A stretch of DNA of 58,405 nucleotides from NCBI GenBank assembly GCA_934385225.1, contig CAKRPQ010000003.1:1-58405 (forward strand). Reading direction: 5' to 3'. The notes under the pieces were generated by a model that saw only the letters and a list, made by a program, of their open reading frames with translations, was not told the origin of the DNA and made no database searches. Positions 16,792-25,592 of the stretch are shown here, piece by piece. Origin of the DNA: an uncultured Eubacteriales bacterium. GTDB taxonomy: Bacteria; Bacillota; Clostridia; Oscillospirales; CAG-272. Position 1 is the first letter of the stretch. Every line of letters begins with the position of its first letter. The translations under genes were made by a program, and so were the position numbers.

Positions 16792-16960
16792 AATGGCACA
16801 GGGGAAAGTCCTCCCTTTGCCTTACATCATCAGTACCCGAGGGCATCTGATGACAGCTAAGTCGGGTGCGAGCGACCAACGGCATTGACGTGATGCTCGG
16901 TAAGCGGGGGATAGCTTTTCATCTGAAAAAATAATTATTTTTGAAGGAGAAAAAACAACC

Positions 16961-19900
16961 ATGAAGAATTTCAAGAGAATTCTTGCTCTGGTACTGACTG
17001 TTATCACGGTCGTAGCTTGTGTTGTTGTTCCTGCTAACGCAGCAGACGAAAAGGCAACTTACAGCACAACAGCTATCGAGCGCCTTAACAAGCTCGGCAT
17101 CTTCAAGGGTAGCACAAGCGGCGATATGCACGCCGACGATCAGGTTACCCGTGAGCAGATGGCTCTTTTCACCGGCCGTGTTCTTACCGGCAAGGTTGAC
17201 AAGAACTACTGGGAAACCTATGAGAATGACACAACATTCGAAGACATCGACACAGAGTCTGACGAGTACATCGGCGCTATCGCTTATGCTTACGAGAATG
17301 ACATCGTTGTCGGTAAATCCGACGTAAGATTTGACCCTAAGGGCAACGTTCTTTATCGCGATGCTCTTACAATGGTAGTTCGTTCGCTCGGCTACACAGG
17401 TCTTTCTTATCCTAACGGCTACATCAACAAGGCTATCAAGCTCGGTCTTACAGACGACATTGACGGCGTTGCATACGATGAGCCCGCAGTTCGCGGCGTT
17501 GTAGCTACAATCCTTTACAACGCACTCTATGCAGATAACTCTTCTATCGCTCAGAAGTTTGATCTCACATCAGGCGTTTACATGCTCGTTTCCGCAGGTC
17601 AGTTCAGAACTGCCGCAGGTACGGACCTCCCCGTTGCTTCTATCGCAGGCTACAAGGGCAGACTCCTTTCCTCCGAGCACGTTGCATTCGCGGCTCTTAA
17701 GTCCGATCTTACCGTAGACAACTCCAAGTACATCTACGCTAAGAAGACTCAGATCGACGAAGATGTTAAGGTCAACTACGCTAACTGCCTCGGTTACATG
17801 TATCAGATCACCTTCGAGGGTGACGAGATCGCATGGGTAACAGAACTCGAGTCCAAGACATTCCAGAACTACGGTGACACAAGAACAATCGGCAAGACAG
17901 TTATAGGCAACTATGACGTAACAAAGGCTGCTTACCTCACCCTCGGTTCTCAGGCTTATAACCTCGTTGACCACTGGAACGACGACAACAGCACTCCTGT
18001 TAACACGGAAGACCTCATTCTTTACACAGCAGCTAAGGCTGACCTCTACACATACGACTATCAGTATGATGTAAACGGCAACATCCTTAACGAGACCGGT
18101 ATCGAACTCTACAACGGACGCAACATCGGCAGAACAGCAGGCAAGTACTACAAGCAGATCTCTGCTAACGTATTCGTTGAAGCAACTGCTGAGGAGCTCT
18201 TCGACGCCAGATACAAGGTATCCTACACAACAACAACAAGTGCATACGACGTTCTTCTTAACAACGGTTCCGTAGGCACAAACAACGGTTCGGGTACAGG
18301 CCTTGGCACACCTGACACTGTTAAGACTCTCTCTGACAACTACTTCTGCCAGATCGTTGCATTCGATGCTAACGGCGACGGCGAATATGATGTAGCTGTT
18401 TACACACCTTACTACATCGGTTATGCAGGAAATGTTGATAAGAACAACAACAGATTCAGCATCACGGGCGGTAAGAGCGTTTCCGGTAAGATCACTGACT
18501 GGGCAGGCTCCGAGAACCTTTCTTCCTGGAACTGGTACCTCTACACGGTAAACGAGAATACTCAGGAAATCGCAATCGTTGAAAAGCTCACATCTCTCAG
18601 CAACCAGAAGGTAACTTGGGCTTCCAAGGGTGCTCCTTCCGACGGTATCTACAAGGATTCTTCCGTTAAGGTTGGCGACGCTACCTACAAGGTAGGCGGC
18701 TGGAACGCAAATAACCTCTACGGTATCGACGTTGTTTGCGGCGACGGCGTTTCCAACGGCGGCTTCGACAACGTTCCCGGAAAGACATTCAACAACAACT
18801 TCGGTCTTGCTACAACAGGTTATTTTGCAAGATACAACAATGGTTGGAACGACCTTCTCACCATTGCTATGGACAGCCGTTACGCAGGCTTCAAGGGCTT
18901 CGTTCTTGCAGGCCACGTAGTATTCGGTTATCCGACACCTAAGGCAGCTGCTTCCAACTACGCATTTGTTGCATTCGATCCTTTCGTAAGCACATTCGCA
19001 GTTGAGAACGACAACATCGTTGTTAAGGCTCTTACAGATACGACAGGCGTTTACTCCGACGTTAAGATCAAGTCCATCGACGGCGAGATCTTCACACAGC
19101 TCGAGTACAATGCATTCTGCAACTACATCGACCTTCTCTACGCCGGTTCTACACTTTCCGGTAACAACGAGAACCTCCTTATCAAGTACAGCTACTTCTT
19201 CAACGACGCTATGAAGGCTAAGTTCGAAGCAACAGCCGGCTTCAAGGCTGAACTCCGCAAGCTCGTATTCACACAGCTTTGCACATATAACTCGCTCCAC
19301 ACATCCGGTTTCGGAATAGGTGCTAATACTCATGTAAATGAGACGGCTGAGTGTGCTTACGGTCATGCAGACACATTCCTCTACTCGCTCTCGAAGAAGA
19401 ACGACGACGGTACAGTTGAACTCTCCGTAGTTGATCCTGTCGATATGTACGGCAGAGCAGTTGATAATGTTGTAACATTCAAGTTCGGCGTATCCAGCGC
19501 TAAGATCAGCACTGTTAAGAACGGCGAAGTTGCTCTCAACACTGTTCTTGCAACAACCGACAAGACTGTATTCACATTCGTTGCAGCAGACGGTATCTAC
19601 ACTTACGTTGGTAAGCCCGCTGACGGCGACAGCCTCGTTCTCACATCGACAACATCTATCTACGCTGCAAACGCAAGCGCAGTTATGATCATTGATATGA
19701 GCCGTCCTGTTGACCAGATCGCTAAGGGTAATTACAGCTGGACGGGTAGCGCTAAGTGCTCCGAGAACCACACGTTCGAGCGCACACACATCGATACATG
19801 GGCATTTGCCGAGGCTGATTCCTCTGTAATCGGTGCATTCAGATACGATCACACTTACCTTATCACGGCTAACACCAAGAATAAGGAAATCTTCACCGAC

Positions 19901-20422
19901 GACAAGGGCAACATCATGTACAGCTACACAGGTCTCTACGATCTCGAAGCTCAGAAGGAAGTTGACGCAATCTTCGTTGGTAAGGATGCAGAAGTATTCA
20001 ACGCAGCAATCGTTAAGACCGGTTCCGAAGATGCAGCCGCTAACCTCGGTATGATCATATGCAAGAACGACGACGAGGCTCCCGTTGCTTACACAATCGA
20101 CGAGTACATGGCTACTATGGCAGGCAACGTATTCAACCTCTCCGGTTCTGCTAACTCCTTCGCACAGGGCGTATTCACCTCTGTTGATAAGGATAACAAC
20201 AGCGAGTGGGCACACGTATCTATCGATGGCGTTCCTTACACCGTAAGAGGCGTTAAGTTCATCATCGTTAACTGCGAGCGCAGCGCAACAACAGGTAAGA
20301 TCGTTAAGTGCACGGTTACCGATAACTTCGCAAGCCTTGTAAACGGTTCTACCGCATTCTATAACTACAACGCTAAGACCGGTGAACTCACAGGTTACGC
20401 ATTCAGCGTAGTTGTTAAGTAA
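16961..20422 (+). CDS. S-layer / cell-surface protein with three N-terminal SLH domains
   Basis: The signal peptide is MKNFKRILALVLTVITVVACVVVPANA. The SLH-like segments are IERLNKLGIFKGSTSGDMHADDQVTREQMALF, IGAIAYAYENDIVVGKSDVRFDPKGNVLYRDAL and INKAIKLGLTDDIDGVAYDEPAVRGVVATILYNAL. Codon usage is markedly biased and CG-poor, consistent with very high expression. Confidence 0.85.
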   Translation: MKNFKRILALVLTVITVVACVVVPANAADEKATYSTTAIERLNKLGIFKGSTSGDMHADDQVTREQMALFTGRVLTGKVDKNYWETYENDTTFEDIDTESDEYIGAIAYAYENDIVVGKSDVRFDPKGNVLYRDALTMVVRSLGYTGLSYPNGYINKAIKLGLTDDIDGVAYDEPAVRGVVATILYNALYADNSSIAQKFDLTSGVYMLVSAGQFRTAAGTDLPVASIAGYKGRLLSSEHVAFAALKSDLTVDNSKYIYAKKTQIDEDVKVNYANCLGYMYQITFEGDEIAWVTELESKTFQNYGDTRTIGKTVIGNYDVTKAAYLTLGSQAYNLVDHWNDDNSTPVNTEDLILYTAAKADLYTYDYQYDVNGNILNETGIELYNGRNIGRTAGKYYKQISANVFVEATAEELFDARYKVSYTTTTSAYDVLLNNGSVGTNNGSGTGLGTPDTVKTLSDNYFCQIVAFDANGDGEYDVAVYTPYYIGYAGNVDKNNNRFSITGGKSVSGKITDWAGSENLSSWNWYLYTVNENTQEIAIVEKLTSLSNQKVTWASKGAPSDGIYKDSSVKVGDATYKVGGWNANNLYGIDVVCGDGVSNGGFDNVPGKTFNNNFGLATTGYFARYNNGWNDLLTIAMDSRYAGFKGFVLAGHVVFGYPTPKAAASNYAFVAFDPFVSTFAVENDNIVVKALTDTTGVYSDVKIKSIDGEIFTQLEYNAFCNYIDLLYAGSTLSGNNENLLIKYSYFFNDAMKAKFEATAGFKAELRKLVFTQLCTYNSLHTSGFGIGANTHVNETAECAYGHADTFLYSLSKKNDDGTVELSVVDPVDMYGRAVDNVVTFKFGVSSAKISTVKNGEVALNTVLATTDKTVFTFVAADGIYTYVGKPADGDSLVLTSTTSIYAANASAVMIIDMSRPVDQIAKGNYSWTGSAKCSENHTFERTHIDTWAFAEADSSVIGAFRYDHTYLITANTKNKEIFTDDKGNIMYSYTGLYDLEAQKEVDAIFVGKDAEVFNAAIVKTGSEDAAANLGMIICKNDDEAPVAYTIDEYMATMAGNVFNLSGSANSFAQGVFTSVDKDNNSEWAHVSIDGVPYTVRGVKFIIVNCERSATTGKIVKCTVTDNFASLVNGSTAFYNYNAKTGELTGYAFSVVVK

Positions 20423-20467
20423 TAGAACAACAAAATAAACGCAAAGAAGTAATTCTGCGGTTATACG

Positions 20468-20502
20468 GGGCAGTCCCTTCGGGGACTGCCCTTGTTGTTT
20501 TT
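20468..20502 (+). terminator. rho-independent terminator of the S-layer gene
   Basis: A 10-bp GC-rich stem (ggcagtccc.../...gggactgcc) closes a UUCG-type loop and is followed by ttgttgttttt. Confidence 0.85.
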
Positions 20503-20520
20503 GGGGGAAAGGGGGTGTAT

Positions 20521-20853
20521 GCCTTTTGCCGAAAGTTTTCGTCTCGCTGTTTTGTGAAAGTTTTGATCAAACTTTTTCTTGACTTCGTGAGCAGCACGAA
20601 TGTCTGGTTGCAGGTTTCCAAAGGCGGAGCCTTGGTCGCCGCTCGCAAGCGGCGAAACATTCCCGGCGCTTCTTTTTCCGCAAAGCGAGAAGCCGTAGGC
20701 TTCTATTTTTTCATTGCGCCTGTTGCATCAAGAAAAAGGGCGTTAATGGGGACTGCATATCTTCACCTCGGCGGAAAGATAAACAACCCTTCCGTCGGAG
20801 GGCTTGCGCACCTCCGCCACCTCCCCTTACACAGGGGAGGCTAAAAAGAGAGA
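20521..20853 (+). repeat. modular hairpin-rich intergenic repeat, copy C
   Basis: It is collinear with copies B and D. The stretch 20784-20852 matches 25797-25865 at 68 of 69 positions. Confidence 0.8.
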
Positions 20854-21140
20854 GCGCCTGTGGCATCAAAGAAAAAGCGGAGAACGGTGATGAATATCTT
20901 CACGGCTTAAAAGGCAAATGTAGCCGTGAAGCCGTGCAGTTCCCATTAACGCCTTTTCTTTTGGTGTTGCAGGCACAAAAGATAAAGGCAGAGAAAGCCT
21001 ACGGCTTCTAGCGAAAAGAAAAGTGCCGATAAGGAGTTTCGCCGTCTGCGGACGGCGACCGCCGACGTCGGCGGCTCACTGCACGCAGACATTCGTGCTC
21101 CGCACGAAGTCAAGAAAAAGGCGAGACGAAAACTTTCACC
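20854..21140 (-). repeat. partial forward module (20854-20907) plus inverted copy C' (20922-21140) of the same repeat family
   Basis: The perfect 10-bp inverted pair cttcacggct (20898-20907) / agccgtgaag (20922-20931) marks the centre. The reverse complement of 20922-21140 is collinear with copy C (for example ctttttcttgacttcgtg...agcacgaatgtctg). Confidence 0.75.
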
Positions 21141-21191
21141 CGACTTTGCCTTTCAAGCTATGCTTCGGCGGCTAAAAAGACCGCGCTCCTC

Positions 21192-21220
21192 TTGACAAAC
21201 GGAGGAAAATCGGCTATTAT
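21192..21220 (+). promoter_or_regulatory. SigA-type promoter of the AraC-family gene
   Basis: TTGACA (21192-21197), 17-nt spacer, TATTAT (21215-21220). Confidence 0.6.
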
Positions 21221-21249
21221 ATTAAAAAACGAAAGGACGCGGTAAAAAT

Positions 21250-22095
21250 ATGGAAAGAGTGTGCTTAAACCGTTTTCTGCTCTCCGAATTTGTGGTTCAG
21301 AAAAGGCATTTTGAATGTACCCACGTCTGCGATGCGAGAAACGGCAGAGAACGTTCGTCGTTTTACTTCGTTCTGGGCGGCAGAGTGAATATTTCTTCGG
21401 CGGGCAGAGATTTTTCCGCGCATACGGGCGACATTGTCTACTTTCCCGATGGCGTGAAGCACTTCTCCGAATGGACGGGAACGCCCGATATAACGTACAT
21501 CGACGTTTCGTTTCGCTTTTCGCCCTTGCGCGAAATGCGAATGGACAAAAATTTCGGTATTCACCTGTTTTCGGGCGAAAAAAGCGCGGAGACGTTCGCT
21601 CTCGGCAGCGAAATATACGAAAAATTTACTTCGTCAGACGAGAACAGACTGCTCACGATAGCGGATTTTTACGTTCTCTGGAACAGGCTTCTCCCTGCAA
21701 TGAAGCCGAACGAAAAAACGCTGTTTTCACCGCAGATAACGCTCGCCGTGGAGTTCATCGAACGGGAATACAGACGTGATTTCGATATGGCGGAGCTTTG
21801 CGCGGCGGTAAACATGAGCGAGTCGAGGCTCTACCATAAGTTCCGCGAGGAGGTGCATACGTCGCCCGTCGCTTACCGGAACGGACTTCGCGTCGGAAAG
21901 GCGATGGAGTACCTGAAAGATTCCGTCTATAACGTCGGCGAGATCGGCGAAATGCTCGGTTTCGGTTCGGGCGCGTATTTCAGAAAGACTTTTGCCGCCG
22001 TGACGGGCGTTTCCCCAAAGGATTACCGCAAGATGTGGCGAGTTGGCGACGAAACAATCGCGGACAAAAAACAAACGCCGAACAACGAAAAGTAA
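21250..22095 (+). CDS. AraC-family transcriptional regulator (cupin + HTH)
   Basis: The C-terminal AraC HTH reads ELCAAVNMSESRLYHKFREEV..SPVAYRNGLRVGKAMEYL...IGEMLGFGSGAYFRKTF..VTGVSPKDYR. Confidence 0.85.
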   Translation: MERVCLNRFLLSEFVVQKRHFECTHVCDARNGRERSSFYFVLGGRVNISSAGRDFSAHTGDIVYFPDGVKHFSEWTGTPDITYIDVSFRFSPLREMRMDKNFGIHLFSGEKSAETFALGSEIYEKFTSSDENRLLTIADFYVLWNRLLPAMKPNEKTLFSPQITLAVEFIEREYRRDFDMAELCAAVNMSESRLYHKFREEVHTSPVAYRNGLRVGKAMEYLKDSVYNVGEIGEMLGFGSGAYFRKTFAAVTGVSPKDYRKMWRVGDETIADKKQTPNNEK

Positions 22096-22108
22096 TTTAA
22101 TATAAAAA

Positions 22109-22145
22109 GGGACTGCCCCAAAGCATTGCGCTTTGGGGCAGTCCC
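22109..22145. terminator. bidirectional rho-independent terminator
   Basis: A 16-bp stem gggactgccccaaagc / gctttggggcagtccc lies between convergent genes and is flanked by A/T runs. Confidence 0.85.
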
Positions 22146-22161
22146 TGTATTATTTTATTTG

Positions 22162-24804
22162 TTATTTTGATTCCGCTTTTTTCTTCGCTCTTGCGCGGCC
22201 GATGAGTTTTACAAGCTCAACTATCGGTATCACAAGCGCTCCGAGGCCTGTCGCAACGAGGTATTCGGGAAGCTCAACGCTCGTAAAGTCGAAAGCATTC
22301 GCAAGGAACGGGATCTCGCAGACGGCAGTCGTCAGAACGAGCGAAACGCCTGCTGCGGCAAAGAGAAGAACGTTCTTTGTGCCGAGCCTAAAAATGCTCT
22401 TTTTCTGCGAACGCATATTGAGGCTGTGGAAAATCTCAGCCATCGACATCGTAAGGAACGCCATTGTCGTGCCGTCGGCACTGTTCGTTATTTCCCATCT
22501 GCCGCTCTCCATAAAGTGACCGATGAAGTAGGAGGCGAGAACGAGAACGGTAACAAGCACGCCCTGGTAGGCAATATCAAAGCCCATACCGCCCGAAAAA
22601 ATACCGTCCTTTGCACTTCTCGGCTTGCGCTCCATAATATCGGGTTCGCCCTTTTCCATGCCGAGCGCAAGCGCGGGGAAACAGTCGGTTACAAGGTTTA
22701 TCCAGAGCAGATGAACGGGTTTCAGTATCGTGAAGCCCATAAGCGTAGCAAAGAAAATGCTGAGAACTTCGCTCATGTTCGAGCCGAGCAGGAACTGTAT
22801 CGCTTTTCTGATGTTGTCGTATATGCGACGTCCTTCTTCGACAGCGCCTACAATCGTCGCAAAGTTGTCGTCGGCGAGAACCATGTCGGCGACGTTCTTT
22901 GTTACGTCCGTGCCCGTTATGCCCATGCCGATTCCGATGTCGGCGGCTTTTATCGACGGTGCGTCGTTCACGCCGTCGCCCGTCATTGCCGTAACGTAGC
23001 CCGCCGCACGCCATGCGTTGACGATTCGCGTCTTGTGTTCGGGCTGTACGCGCGCATAAACGCCGATGTGCGTGAGACGGTCGGCAAATTCAGAGTCCGA
23101 CAGCTTGTCAAGCTCCGCGCCTGTTATCGCTTCGCTTCTGTCTTTTACGATTCCCAGTTCTTTTGCAATAGCGACGGCGGTGTCGATGTGGTCGCCCGTT
23201 ATCATTATCGGACGTATGCCCGATTTTTTACATTTTACGATCGCGTCCCTGACTTCGGGACGGACGGGGTCAATCATGCCGACAAGTCCGACAAAACAGA
23301 GGTCGCTTTCCATGTCCGACGGCTCGTAGTCGGTCGGTTTTTCGCTATACAGACGCTTCGCCGCCGCGAGAACGCGGAGCGCTTCGTCTGCCATCGATTT
23401 GTTGGCGTCGAGAATTTCGGAGCGGAGTGTGTCCGTCATCGGTATCGCCTTGCCGTCCCGCATTATCGACGTGCATCTTGAAATTACAACGTCGGGCGCG
23501 CCCGTCGTGTACTGAACGTAAGTGCCTCCGTCCTCGTGGACCGTCGTCATCATTTTTCTGCCCGAGTCGAACGGAATTTCGCCGATGCGCGGGTATTTTT
23601 TCTCGGATTCGTACTTCGGCAGACCGAGCTTTGCCGCATAGTTTACGACTGCCGTCTGCGTCGGGTCGCCGACGGATTCCGTCTCACCCTCCGCGAGCTT
23701 CGCGTCGGTGCAGAGCGAGAATGCCTCGGCAGTTTCCTTATCGTCGTCGCCGAACGCGGAAACGACTGTCATCTTGTTCTGCGTGAGCGTGCCCGTCTTG
23801 TCGGAGCAGATTATCTGCGCACAGCCGAGCGTTTCGACGGCGGTCAGTTTGCGTATAATCGCATTGCGCTTCGACATATTCGTCACGCCTATCGAAAGGA
23901 CGACGGTGACGACGGCGGCAAGTCCTTCGGGAATAGCCGCAACGGCAAGCGAAACGGCGATCATAAACGAATTTAAGGCGAACTCAAAGTTAAGTGACCC
24001 CGCACGCAGAAGCTGAACGCCGAAAACGACGACGCAGATGCCGAGAACGAGCCATGTGAGTATCTTCGAGAGCTGTCCGAGCTTTATCTGTAAAGGCGTT
24101 TCGCCGTCCTCTGAGTCGCGGAGAACGCCCGCGATCTTGCCCATTTCGGTGTTCATACCGACGGCGGTCACAACGGCACTGCCGCGTCCGTAAACGACTG
24201 TACTGCCCATGTAAGCCATATTTTTGCGGTCGCCGAGCGGAACGTTTTCGCCGTCAAGAGCGTCCGCTGTTTTGAGAACGGGAACACTTTCGCCCGTGAG
24301 CGCAGCCTCTTCGATTTTGAGGCTCGCGCAGGAGATTATGCGAACGTCCGCGGGAACGGCATCGCCCGCGTCAAGCAGAATGACGTCGCCGACGGTCAGC
24401 TCTTCGCTCGGAACGGTACGGACTTTGCCGTCGCGAAGGACTTTCGACGTTGCCGCCGACATTTCGCGCAGGGCTTCGATTGCTTTTTCCGCCTTGCTTT
24501 CCTGAACGACGCCGAGAACGGCGTTCACAATGACGACGGCGAGAATGATGATGACGTCTGTAAAGCCTTCGCCCTCGTAGAACGCAAGCGCACCGCTTAT
24601 CGCGGCGGCGACGATAAGAATTATCGTCATCGGGTCGCCGAGCTGTTCCAGAAAGCGGCGTAGGATAGACTTCCCTTTTGCCGCTTCAAGACGGTTTCGC
24701 CCGTTCTTTTCGAGCCTTTCGGCAGCCTCCGCCGATGAAAGACCGTTTTCGTTCGAGCCGAGCTCCGAAAGGACTTTTTCTTTGTCTTCGTTAAAGAATT
24801 TCAT
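22162..24804 (-). CDS. P-type (PII, Ca2+/Mn2+-type) cation-transporting ATPase
   Basis: The motifs are ICSDKTGTLTQNKM, AAIPEGLAAVVT, MTGDGVNDAPSIKAADIGIGMG and NLVTDCFPALALG. The start was moved to MKFFNEDKEKV (GGAGGAAAAAC RBS); the ORF-track start at 24939 lies in the leader. Confidence 0.9.
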   Translation of the reverse strand: MKFFNEDKEKVLSELGSNENGLSSAEAAERLEKNGRNRLEAAKGKSILRRFLEQLGDPMTIILIVAAAISGALAFYEGEGFTDVIIILAVVIVNAVLGVVQESKAEKAIEALREMSAATSKVLRDGKVRTVPSEELTVGDVILLDAGDAVPADVRIISCASLKIEEAALTGESVPVLKTADALDGENVPLGDRKNMAYMGSTVVYGRGSAVVTAVGMNTEMGKIAGVLRDSEDGETPLQIKLGQLSKILTWLVLGICVVVFGVQLLRAGSLNFEFALNSFMIAVSLAVAAIPEGLAAVVTVVLSIGVTNMSKRNAIIRKLTAVETLGCAQIICSDKTGTLTQNKMTVVSAFGDDDKETAEAFSLCTDAKLAEGETESVGDPTQTAVVNYAAKLGLPKYESEKKYPRIGEIPFDSGRKMMTTVHEDGGTYVQYTTGAPDVVISRCTSIMRDGKAIPMTDTLRSEILDANKSMADEALRVLAAAKRLYSEKPTDYEPSDMESDLCFVGLVGMIDPVRPEVRDAIVKCKKSGIRPIMITGDHIDTAVAIAKELGIVKDRSEAITGAELDKLSDSEFADRLTHIGVYARVQPEHKTRIVNAWRAAGYVTAMTGDGVNDAPSIKAADIGIGMGITGTDVTKNVADMVLADDNFATIVGAVEEGRRIYDNIRKAIQFLLGSNMSEVLSIFFATLMGFTILKPVHLLWINLVTDCFPALALGMEKGEPDIMERKPRSAKDGIFSGGMGFDIAYQGVLVTVLVLASYFIGHFMESGRWEITNSADGTTMAFLTMSMAEIFHSLNMRSQKKSIFRLGTKNVLLFAAAGVSLVLTTAVCEIPFLANAFDFTSVELPEYLVATGLGALVIPIVELVKLIGRARAKKKAESK

Positions 24805-24856
24805 GTTTTTCCTCCGTGTTTTTTTGCAAAAAAGAGAGGCTCTGATACGCCCGCGC

Positions 24857-24975
24857 AAAAAAAATCGTGCCGAGCGTACCTGAGTCTCGCAATCAAAGGC
24901 AAGCCAGACCGTAAGGTCGCGTTTGTTGACTTGCTTCACGTTTCCGTGTTGCTACTCCCTCGTGAGGATCGCTTT
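24857..24975 (-). promoter_or_regulatory. yybP-ykoY-like (Mn2+) riboswitch leader with putative terminator
   Basis: On the minus strand the blocks GAGGGAGTAGC, GTCAACAAAC and CTTGCCTTTGATTGCGAGAC match the conserved blocks I recall for yybP-ykoY (GGGGAGUAG, UUGACAUA, GCAAGACC). The last block overlaps a weak hairpin followed by T8 (plus-strand A-run 24857-24864). Confidence 0.55.
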
Positions 24976-25044
24976 CTTGTTACTACTATGATAATGCTTA
25001 AATGTAAACTGTAATTCAACAATTTGTGTATTTTTGTAAAATTT

Positions 25045-25557
25045 TTATTTTCTGCCCTTAACGATGTCGGCGACAGACTTGTCGGAGTCGATGGCGAGGG
25101 CAAAGACGCAGAAGAAGATGCCGCCGATGAAGCCCTGCATGAGGTTGGACGGAACTTCGGAAAGAGGCGCGACGAGGTTGCCCGCGAGGATAGCACCGCC
25201 GAGCCAGTAGCCGGCAGCGTTGATGAGAATAGCGCAGACGAGGGCGATAATGTTGCGGACTGAAAGGATTTTCGCGCTCTTGTTTGTGAACGCGAGGGTC
25301 ATAAGAGCCTTTATGATGAATGTTATCGGCATCCAGGAGACGTAACCGCCGGCAAGGTCGGCGAGGCCCGCGCCGAGACCCGCGGCGATGGCGGAATAGG
25401 GGAGCGGAAGAATTGCGGCGGCGAGACAGACGGCGGAATCGCCGAGATGGACGTAGCCTGTTGCCGTCGGGAGTTTCAGAAATGATGTCAGGACGAAAAC
25501 GAGCGCAGCGCAGAGCGCGGTTCTTGTTAAAGTGAGGATAGTTTTGTTTGTTTTCAT
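25045..25557 (-). CDS. small polytopic membrane protein, ECF-transporter S-component-like (substrate unknown)
   Basis: It is 170 aa with ~5-6 TM segments and the motif LPTATGYVHLGDSAV. There are no ECF A/T genes in the window. Confidence 0.45.
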   Translation of the reverse strand: MKTNKTILTLTRTALCAALVFVLTSFLKLPTATGYVHLGDSAVCLAAAILPLPYSAIAAGLGAGLADLAGGYVSWMPITFIIKALMTLAFTNKSAKILSVRNIIALVCAILINAAGYWLGGAILAGNLVAPLSEVPSNLMQGFIGGIFFCVFALAIDSDKSVADIVKGRK

Positions 25558-25592
25558 GGTGTTCTCCTTTATGTTGTAAATTTTGTTTTTGT

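Noticed and set aside
16795-16960. c-di-GMP riboswitch in the S-layer gene leader (starts GGCACAGGGGAAAG...)
   Set aside because: There is only a superficial resemblance to the GEMM-I 5' end. The conserved tetraloop/receptor blocks and the second-helix blocks I remember are not present.
17570-20215. 881-aa ORF antisense to the S-layer gene
   Set aside because: It lies fully inside the well-supported SLH protein gene on the other strand. Its translation is Cys/Val-rich low-complexity sequence with no motifs. It is an artefact of the strongly biased codon usage, which leaves few stops in the antisense frame.
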